Origin: Zygnema circumcarinatum SAG 698-1b
Lineage: Eukaryota; Plantae; Zygnematophyceae
Assembly (NCBI GenBank): GCA_037447605.1
Contig: CM074813.1
Coordinates: 2,914,001 to 2,978,000 of the forward strand
Length of the DNA stretch: 64,000 bases
Reading direction: 5' to 3'
In this document: positions 47,016 to 56,088 of the stretch, piece after piece
Layout of the letters: the number at the start of each line of letters is the position of its first letter
How positions within the stretch are numbered: position 1 is the stretch's first letter
The notes under the pieces: model-generated
What the model was told of the DNA's origin: nothing
The model's database searches: none
What the model saw: only the letters and a program-made list of their open reading frames with translations
Made by a program: the position numbers and the translations under genes

Positions 47016-48757
47016 ATGTCTCTGTTTCCGGAGCTGCCGGATGCTGTGGGGCTGCAAGTTGTTGTAAGATTAGGGTTCAGGGACCGGTTTGTGGCGCAGG
47101 CGGTCAGTCGACGGTGGAGGGATGCGCTCCGCAGTAGAGAGTTGTACGAGGTCAGGGATAATCTGAACCCTGTTAAACCCTACGCTGTAGATTTTAAAAT
47201 AAATCACTGCAAAATCCGATAATTTCTTGAGCTGAGAAATTTGTTTGAAAGCATACTGCCCTCTATGAACCTAGAAACATGTGTCTGAACCCTAAATTTG
47301 TGAAATATCTGTACTCCGTAAACCCTGAACCCTAGACCTTGAACCCTAAATCTTGAACCCTGAACCCTAAATCGTGAACCCTGAAACCTTGAGCCCTGAA
47401 ACCTAAACCTTGAACCCTGAAACCTAAACCTTGAACCCTGAACCCTAAATCTTGAACCCTGAACCCTAAATCTTGAACCCTGAACCCTGAACCTTGAACC
47501 CTGAACCCTAAACCTTAACTTTGAAACCTAAACCTTGACCCTAAAATCCAGGTCTGTTCTTCTCCAGGACCGTGTGAAGGAGGGTCTCCTCGAACCCCAT
47601 TTGTTTGCGTGTTTTGCGACTCCCGTGTTCACGGAAGTCCCCTTGTGTTTGTACGCCAAACTGTTCAACCCTACAAGCCTCACTTGGCTCGACCTTCCTC
47701 CGCTTCAACTTCCGAATGATTATCACTTTTTTTTAGGCTACACATGCATATCACACGGCGCAAACATTTTCATCATTGGCGGACTGGTTACGCTCGGAGA
47801 TCAGCGAGGCGTTTCGAGCGTGTGGATTTTCGATTCTCTGAGGGGAAACTGGGAGCAGGGTTTGCCAACGAACAATTCGCAAGCATTTTCGGTCGCAAAT
47901 ATCGTGGACGAGCATCTCTACGTTGCAGGTATCGCCTTCTAACATTCAGTTTTCTCCATGTGTTTCAGTTCTTTTATGTTCCCTTTTGATATTGTTTTTT
48001 AATCCCTCCCTCCCTCCCTCCCTCCCTCCCTCCCTATATGTTGGGGATACAATACAGAGCCAGATTTGCATCTTCATCTCATCGTCGTGCTGGGGATGCA
48101 GACCCTCATTTCAATGTGGAAATGCTGAATTTGAGCGGCAGCAATGTTAAAGCAAACGGATGGGTTTGCATAGAAAAGCCGAATGTGGCCCAAGGAGAGT
48201 GTGAAGGCTCCTTTGTAAAAGACGGTAAACTATGTCTTGTTCGAGAGGCTGAACTAGCGCAGCTCGGCCTTCAGCCAGAACTGAACCTTTACGACCCCTC
48301 GAAAGCTGTCTGGGTGAAGCAAACCTCCTCCTTTTTGGACTCCACAGAGACTGCAACTTTGAGTTTTCAAGCTTCCTTTGCCAATATTGGAGATCATGTA
48401 TATGGAGTTTTCTACCGCGGGCTTGAGAACGATCAGACAGAGCGCACCATTCGGCGTTTGGATGAGTCAGAAAAAAAAAATGGAAAAATTTGGAGAGTGG
48501 TTGCTGAACCCTCAGACAGAAGAATTTTGGGTTCTGTAAACCTTCAACTTGTGGCGGTGGGGGAGAGGAGGCTCGCTGTGGTCTATAGTCGAAGGAATGA
48601 CCCCAATGGTCGAAATTTTATGAGTGGTTTGGGACTGAGGGAGGGAGAGGGAGAGGGAGGGGGAGACCCTCTTTGGGAATTTCAGCACGAGCTCGTTCAA
48701 ACTTTTCCATGCTCAAACAGCTGCGTTCAAGTCGTGGCTACGGAATTTGCAGTTTAA
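47016..48757 (+). CDS. F-box/kelch-repeat protein; exons 47016-47150, 47568-47928, about 48102-48757
   Basis: N-terminal F-box (LFPELPDAVGLQVVVRL..VSRRWRDAL..LYE), then kelch-like blocks (LFNPTSLTWLDLPPL, IFIIGG..VWIFDSLRGNWEQG, HLYVA, LYDPSKAVW). The exon 3 acceptor is uncertain. Confidence 0.85.
47285..47545. repeat. Degenerate 7/14-bp telomere-like satellite (CCCTGAA / CCCTAAA mix) in F-box intron 1
   Basis: Repeated GAACCCTAAATCTT, GAACCCT and GAAACCTAAACCTT units, which read TTTAGGG/TTCAGGG on the minus strand. Confidence 0.85.
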
Positions 48758-49298
48758 AAAAAAAAAAAAAACTTTCTTAAAATGTTGATATAAATGTGAA
48801 TATGGGCGAGCGTTGGAAAGGAAGAAACTATACTTTATGCTTCATCATGTCATCAAATTTGGAAAAAAAAAAATCGAAATTGCATCATCGAAACTCATAT
48901 TTGTTGAAGTTTTGAATGATGATGATGAGTGCCTTTTGTGAGCGCAGGCCTTCAAGAAGCAAAACGACAAAATATGCCGCCTAGTCACCAGCCGACTAAT
49001 TGTATAAACGAACGGTATAAGCGACATGGTTTGATAAAGAAATTATAAAATAGTGTTCATTATTGTGTTAAATATGCGTATGTTCAAGCGAAAGTTTTAT
49101 GGTTTTCATGCGTATGAATTGCAGCATACAGAAGTGCAAACAGATTACATCTACCACTTACAGGTGAGCAAGAGTGGTGAACTGCAAGTCAGGGATCTCT
49201 CCCGCTCAGTTGGTTGCTTGAAATTTCCCTGCGAAGCATTAAGCAGCTTTAAGTCCTTTTGAGCAATGAAGCTGATAAATTTTGTAAATTGAATACTT

Positions 49299-49470
49299 TC
49301 ATCATAACCGTACGCTGTCGAAGCAAACGTGTCCGAAATTTCTGCTGTGAAGAAGTTGTTGGAGAGATCTCTGCAGATAACATGCGAAAAAGAAATTAAA
49401 AAAAAACTTCTTGTTTGTTCCACGTGTCCAACTCACTTTGACTGAAGAGGTTGTTGCTGCTGACTTTTCT
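49299..49470 (-). pseudogene. Possible LRR exon relic
   Basis: TGCAG|A-GAT-CTC-TCC-AAC-AAC-TTC-TTC.. encodes DLSNNFFTAEISDTF, which resembles a plant LRR exon start. No in-phase neighbouring exons were found. Confidence 0.3.
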
Positions 49471-49785
49471 CCCCTTATTGCAACTCGTCCTTCTGATGCT
49501 GCGCGTGCTACCGTTACCTCCATATTTTCCACCCTTCGTTTGACCCCGGGCCAGTTTCAGCTTGCAGCGCGACTTCGTCTCGGGCTCCCCCGCCCGCCAT
49601 TGCAATGCTGAAACTTTGAGCCTGGTTCTTTCCATTACCCTCACTCTCTATACCCCGAAATTGTACACAGCATGCAAGGTTTTCCTCGTTGTGTTTGTAG
49701 TCATTTGATGGCGTCACATGGATGTGCCACACAGCGGTGACCTTCGCGGCTGCTTCGTGGGAGGGCTGCCTCGAGGGAGGGTTGG

Positions 49786-49905
49786 TGCGCCTAGGCGTAA
49801 TTTTCCGCTCTTACCTTTTTTCGTTTGTGCTTAGGTCCTTTGCGACCAGTCCCTCGTGGTTCCCCATGCTGCTTTTGTCCATGTACATTTGATGGCCTCG
49901 CCATC
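49786..49905 (+). repeat. Dispersed approximately 115-bp repeat, copy 2
   Basis: TGCGCCTAGGCGTAATTTTCCGCTCTTACC..GTGCTTAGGTCCTTTGCGACCAGTCCCTCGTGGTTCCCCATGCTGCTTTTGTCCATGTACATTTGATGGCCTC. Confidence 0.85.
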
Positions 49906-50072
49906 GTGAGATTAATGAGGAAAATCACATCAATGCCATTTACTCCCATTTGACAAACGTTACATTCCAGTGTAATTTCCTGATATCCAAAACATGGGGG
50001 CGGGATATCCAAAATGGGGAAAACGGGATATAACTTTGCTAGGAAAATACGGTTTCGTATTCGCAAAGGGTA

Positions 50073-51221
50073 GTGTTATTTCCACCCCTTTTTTGGATCC
50101 AAACAGCCCTTCCCGGCCGGGGCAGATTTCCAAGGGGATTAAAAACGGACAATGCTTTTTTCACACCTTTTTGGAATCGATACCCACCTTCTTCCCTCGG
50201 CTGATTTTATTTTTGCTAACCAAGGAAAATGATACCCCGTCACCGCATTTTGAATATCCCGCCTACCTGAATTTTTTTTCACGCGTGCGGTCAATCGCAG
50301 CCGTCGATTCCCTCGCAGATCGCAACACGGCAGATCACTATTTGATCACGGCAGATCACTATTTGATCTGCAGCCGGACTCGGTCACAGCGAATGGCACG
50401 TGCCCACGTATCCCGCGTAAGTACAGTAGACCCCCCCAATATTTTCGCCCCTCTTATTTTCGCTCCCCAATATTTTCGCCCTGAATTTGCCAAAACCACT
50501 TTTTAATATAATACTGCCCGCCTATTGTTAACACGCACCCTTATATTTTCGCTACCCAATATTTTCGCCCAATATTTGCCGAAACCATGGCGAAAATATT
50601 GGGGGGGTCTACTGTAGTCTCAAACGTTTGTCCGTATAAATGTCGTACGGTCGCAACTTCCAATATTTCGTACATTGAGAGCTTGGACCAATCAAACGTT
50701 TCCACGTCATACATGTGAAACGTGGCAGATGTTGATTGGCTGAGAACTAACAATGACGAGATCTCGGGCCGAGGGACGCGCGCACTTGCAAGTGCGATCC
50801 GGCTTTGTCGGTACTCGTGGGCGCTTTCTATTCGCTGAGATCGAGCCCGGCTGCAGATCGAAACGGTGATCTGCAGTGGTGCGATCTGCGAGGGAATCGA
50901 CAGCTGCGATTGACAAACACGTGTGAAGGACGGACACCCGCGAACGATCTCGTGGCGGACGGATCTCCCGCTCCGAGCGGATTCGGGCAGGCAGATATTT
51001 CTTTCCCTCAAAAAAAAAATCAGGGAGGCGGAATACAGTATTCAAAATGCGGTGACGGGGTATCATTTTCCTTGGTTAGCAAAAATAAAATCAGCCGACG
51101 GAAGAAGGTGGGTATCGATTCCAAAAAGGTGTGAAAAAAGCATTTTCCGTTTTTAATCCCTTTGGAAATCTGCCCGGCCGGGAAGGGGTGTTTGGATCCA
51201 AAAAAGGGGTGGAAATAACAC
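50073..51221. mobile_element. Non-autonomous foldback DNA element with about 320-bp imperfect TIRs, flanked by TA
   Basis: TA|GTGTTATTTCCACCCCTTTTTTGGATCCAAAC... at 50071 mirrors ...GTTTGGATCCAAAAAAGGGGTGGAAATAACAC|TA at 51223. Homology extends to about 50395/50830, with a 20-bp duplication in the left arm and an insertion of about 90 bp in the right arm. No transposase ORF. Confidence 0.85.
50424..50614. mobile_element. pogo/Tc1-mariner-type MITE (191 bp) nested in the foldback
   Basis: Perfect 26-bp TIR CAGTAGACCCCCCCAATATTTTCGCC, TA on both sides (50422-50423, 50615-50616), and internal TATTTTCGC repeats. Confidence 0.92.
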
Positions 51222-51423
51222 TAACCTTAATTAACTCTAAATATCTCCAGTGTCGACGCAGCCTATAGCCGCTCGCCACGTAGCCAAAGACTAGTTCTGC
51301 GTGTTCCCACTACGAGACGAAGACTGTCGGTCGGTCCACACCTTGACCGAATCTCCTAAGGACCTACGACAAAGGCTAAGGACCATACGAGTTCGGGGCT
51401 ATACCCCTATTGTACACATCAGT

Positions 51424-51535
51424 TGCGCCTAGGCGTAGTCTTTCGCTCTTAGCTTCTTCCTTTTGTGCTTAGGTCCTCTGCGACCAGTTCCTCGTGGTTC
51501 CCCATGATGATGATGTTGTCCATGTACATTTGACA
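51424..51535 (+). repeat. Dispersed approximately 115-bp repeat, copy 3
   Basis: TGCGCCTAGGCGTAGTCTTTCGCTCTTAGCTTCTTCCTTTTGTGCTTAGGTCCTCTGCGACCAGTTCCTCGTGGTTCCCCATG..GTCCATGTACATTTGA. Confidence 0.85.
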
Positions 51536-52169
51536 TTATCAAATGATGATAATAATGTTTCTTCTGATTGAACTCTGAACTCTGATTGGACTATGAACTT
51601 TGAATTTGCGCTGATTGTTGTTTCAAAGTTAATTACGGACAATGGGTGTGAACCTGGCCGACTGAGGTACACGTGCCGGAGTGTGAGTGGTCCACGTACA
51701 GGGTTGGATTGTGGCATTAGCGCGGCCCATCATTGGATTGTCGGCGCCACCGTGGCAAGGTAGACTTGTCACATGGTTTCCACGTGGATGATTGGCACGT
51801 TCGGATTGGATGGTTGGCAGTTGAGCTGGCACCGTCATGGAACGTGATTGGTGATGCCCCAACCGACAAAACGCGACCGATAAATGTTGGTACGGACATT
51901 AAAACGTTTTACCCCACGTCAGCCAATCATACTCAGTATTGGCACGTGGGAGATAGCCAATTTTTTTTTTTAAATGGTTGATCCCTGTGGTCTGCCTTGA
52001 CAAATTCTAATTTCAATTTGTCCAGAAAAAGTTGGCCGTACACATTACCGTACTACTTCGTCATCGTATGACGTCAATATAAACCAGTTTCAGGCTTTTG
52101 GCCATTAACTAAACGAGTGCCAAAATTCCGTCGGTCCCGGTCCACCCCGCCAATCGTGACGCGACTTCG

Positions 52170-52400
52170 CACGTGTGAGCTCGCCACGGGAGGCCTCCAC
52201 GCTGGCGTCGTTCCCGCGCGCCAGGGCGCCACGTGGTAGAGCGACACGTGGCGCTCCCTCTACCTGGCACGTGACACAGCCCGTCCCTCGCCACGTGGAC
52301 AGCGCCGTACAGCTTTGGGGGTCGGCCGCGGGGGCGCTTCTGAGCGTGCCACGTGTCTTGCTGCGGACAGCTCTCGTGGGCTGGCGCCTGCTGACGTGGC
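52170..52400. promoter_or_regulatory. G-box/ABRE cluster immediately upstream of the mini-RING gene
   Basis: CACGTG at 52170, 52230, 52245, 52268, 52292, 52350, plus ACGTGGC at 52394; the ATG is at 52406. Confidence 0.7.
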
Positions 52401-52405
52401 CTATC

Positions 52406-53004
52406 ATGGGGGGCAGGCCGTCCAGGGCGGCAGGCCACGAGGTGAGGAGGGCGTGGGAGCCTGCCGCGTGGCAGCGTGGTAGAGGGTAGGGCTGAGGGAG
52501 AGAGGGGGTAGAGCTGAGGGAGTTCGGTTTCTGAGTAGGGTTTAGGGGTCTAAATATTAGGTTTTTCTAGAATTTCAGTCAGGGTTCAGGACTGTGAGAG
52601 TGTTGCTGTAAAGGGTGACTACAGGTTATTGATTAACCTTTTGCTATTTTATTTTTATTTTTATTATTATTATTATGTTTTGGGCCCCAGGGCAGCGAGC
52701 CTCTCCTCCATCGCCAGCTGAACAACTTCATCGTTAGCAAAGGCCATGTGAGTACGACGTGACGTGACGTGATGTGATGTGACACATAGCCAGAAGTTTC
52801 TGAAATGTTTTTTTTTCTCTGAAATTTCATCTGTACAACTGGTAGTGTAACTGAAGCGCATGTGACGGGGTGCAGGGCATGAGCATGGAGACATTGGAGA
52901 CGACAGTTTCTCTTCTCCAAACCGCTCTCACCACTGCCATTCGAGCCAAGGTGAGACGCATCACGGAGGAAGCCCTCTCTCCCACCCTCACTCCCTCTCT
53001 CCCT

Positions 53005-53059
<55 letters not shown>

Positions 53060-54346
53060 CCTCCCACATCTGATCTCCTTCCAAAAGGGTTTTTTGTGGA
53101 ACCATAAAATATTTCATAGCAATGAAAATTTCCAAGAGGAATGTGTTGCTTGGAGATTTGCCATGACAGGTTTCTTTTGGGGGAGGTTGCAGGAAAGAAA
53201 GGCTGCAGTTTTGTGTCGGGTTTGTTTGGATAATGAGGTCAGCTAAAGCCTTTACTCTGATGGGGGGAAAGGGAGGGAAGGGAGGAGAGGAGGGAGGGAG
53301 GGAGGGAGAGGCATGAGGAAGGAGGTGGGAGAGGGAGAGGGAGAATAGAGAAAGAGACTGGGTGGGCCCAGGGTACCGGAGAGTGTGAACTGAAGTAAGA
53401 GGGGAGGGGAGAGGGAGAGGGGGGGACGGGGATAGGGGATTTCTCCCAGCACCCCCTTTTTTGTTCGGTAGGGACTCGTGTTTTTTCGTAAACTTCAGTT
53501 TCTGAAGATGCAAGGCGTGGAATACTTCTAAGGCCAACAGAATCCCTAAGGCCCACTGAACCCTCTGACAGAGGGGTTGGGGGAGCAAGTTGCAGATTCA
53601 AGTAGTGTTGAAGCCCTGCAATCATGCCTGCATTTGCCCGAGATGTGCTTCAAAGGTAACTATTGTTGGTCCCCTAACTATTCCCCTCCCCCTCCCCCAC
53701 TCTCTCCCCTCCCTCCTCCCCCCTCCCCCCTCCCCCCTCCCCTCTTGCCCCTCTCCCCACCCCCCTCCCCTCTCCCCCTTCCCGCCGTCTCCCTCCTTCC
53801 CCCCCTCCCTTCGCCCCCCTCCCCAATCTCCCCCTCCTCCCTCCTCCCTCCCCCTCCCCTCCCCCTCCCCCCTCCCCCTCCCCCCTCCCCCTCCCCCCCT
53901 CCCCCTCCCCCTCCCCCCCTCCCCCTCCCCCTCCCCCTCCCCCTCCCCCTCCCCCTCCCCCCTCCCGGCCCTTCTTGTACTACTTGCACTCCTTCCCTCC
54001 CACCTTTCTCTCCCTCTCTCTATATCCCTCTCTCTATATCACTACTTCTTTCCCATGTCTGCATCCCTCTCTCTCCATCCGCATTGTTCTCTCCCTTGTT
54101 TCGCACCCCCTCATTTATTTTTCCTCTAGTCTCTACCTTCTCGCACCTTCGCATTGTCAATAGGTTATCTTTCCAATTGCCAAATTTTCTGTTATTGTCG
54201 TAGATAATCTGGTTTTGCCATATCGCATGAGCGTAACTCAGGGTCCTGTATTTAACTTCTTTTTGTTGAAATTTTTGCTGCAGCTTTCCAAATGCCCCAT
54301 TTGTCGGGAAACTATTGAGAGACATGACCACTTCATCTTATCCTGA
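52406..54346 (+). CDS. 111-aa RING-HC (C3HC4, IAP/BOI-like) E3-ligase-like protein with an N-myristoylation motif; exons 52406-52441, 52691-52747, 52876-52950, 53193-53237, 53596-53655, 54284-54346
   Basis: Six phase-0 exons (36, 57, 75, 45, 60, 63 nt) with canonical GT-AG sites give MGGRPSRAAGHE GSEPLLHRQLNNFIVSKGH GMSMETLETTVSLLQTALTTAIRAK ERKAAVLCRVCLDNE IQVVLKPCNHACICPRCASK LSKCPICRETIERHDHFILS*, with all 8 zinc ligands. Confidence 0.85.
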
Positions 54347-55324
54347 AATGCCATTTGCAAGTTTTGTAAGTTGATTTTTGCATTTTTTACTTAGGGTACA
54401 TGGAAATTGTTAGCTTGTCCGTTACTGTTTGTCTTCTCCGATAATAATTCTGAACTTGGGTGATTTTGAGGCTTGAAACTTGTTAGCACTTTTGAGGGGC
54501 CGAATCTGTATATATTTCTGACCTGGCTGGGGACGGATACTGTATCAGGAGCTCATACGGAAGAGGGTTTTAGCGTAGTTTTAAAGGGAAGAAGTGTCGT
54601 AAAGGCCTTTGAAAGAGAGGCTATGTGGGAAGTATGCAAACTTTCTCCCTTCTCTCTCGTTCTCTCTCCTTCTTCCCTAAATCCCTCTCTCTAAAACCAA
54701 AAGAACCCTAAATTTCTTTTTGTTTATTTGTTGCTCGAGCAGTACTTGGATAGAGTGCCTGGGCAGAAACAGTACAGTGCAAGTTCACGTTTAAGATATC
54801 GAGTTGTTATGGCAACAACCTTGTGATGCAAAGGCCATCGAAGTCTGCTGGAAATTTTAAACCCTCTAAATTCGAAGCTCCGTGAGAAAGTTATAACTTG
54901 GAGGGCTTCCTCTGCTATTCGTTTAGAGAGGTCAAGACCTTTAAAAAATCGACGAACGGGAGTTAGGCCTTTCGCAGTCCAGCTACCGACTTTCTGATTG
55001 CACGGTCACATCCTTTGGAACAGTAACCACAGAAATGCCAAGTTTTAATCCTTCTATTTTTTGTTTATTAAGGCATCTTCTGGTTATTTCCGTTTTTTGG
55101 GTCTGGTTTCCCAGCTGAGACCACAGAAGGCACTCTCCCTCGCTTCCAAACACCAGAACGAACACTTTTCTCTCCATTGACAGATCTTTCTCGCTGTGCC
55201 ATTCCCGATCGTACTCGCACTCGAACTCTCCTCTTTCCTCCCATCCCTTTCTCTCTCCCTTGTCCCTTTACTTTCCACTCAATGTTCTCCCCTCTCACCT
55301 CTTTCACGCCCTTTCTCCCTCTCC

Positions 55325-55360
<36 letters not shown>

Positions 55361-56088
55361 TCTCTCTAGCTCTCTTTGTCCCTCGCCACCACCCTTCCTC
55401 TCTCGCTCTGTCACCAGCAACCCCTCTCCCATATTTAACGTCATCCCGCTCCACTGAAAGTCAAGGTACAAAAAACACAAATTATGGAGAAACTGAAACA
55501 GAACCAGGTAAACATCTTTTCGAAACTGCTGGGCATCCAACCAAGATATTTCAGTACTGGCCCTCTCTCTTATGTGCCCCTCCCCATTCAGAGCCTGCTG
55601 AATCTGAACCTCTCCTGTACCGAATGTGCTGAATCTAACGGCTGCCGTACACTCAATATACTACGGAAAAATGGACCTAGCAAGGTACCAAATCCGCAGT
55701 AGAAAGACGCTTAAGACCTACATCACTATTCGCTTTGGATGACTGGTAACATGGTGGTAGGAACAATGGCGGAAACTCTGCTACAGTACCGTGAAGCCAA
55801 GCTGACATACTAATGTAGTATAGCAGCAAAAAAGAGGAGTAGAGGAAGGGGAACACCGGCCCATGAGGTGGTGACTTTCTTTCTTTCCATCTCACTGGAA
55901 GCCGCCGTGCCCACTAAAATCTACCTGATCAGGCAAAAATAGTCGTATCGACCGAGTCTCCACTGGTCACGGAATCCCTGCCAAATATTAAGCTTATTGA
56001 TTTTTAATCATTGTCCTATGCTACAGAAGACATTCCACCCTTGTTTTGCCGACTCGTAAATACCTTACACAGGTTCCGAACTCACGTC

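Noticed and set aside
51720-52075. ERSE/UPRE-like CCAAT plus CCACG arrangement
   Set aside because: Spacings do not fit ERSE (N9/N10) or ERSE-II; only a single TGACGTGG is present.
55440-55990. Possible LINE reverse-transcriptase 3' fragment
   Set aside because: Frames are broken by stops and no diagnostic RT or zinc-knuckle motif is recognisable.
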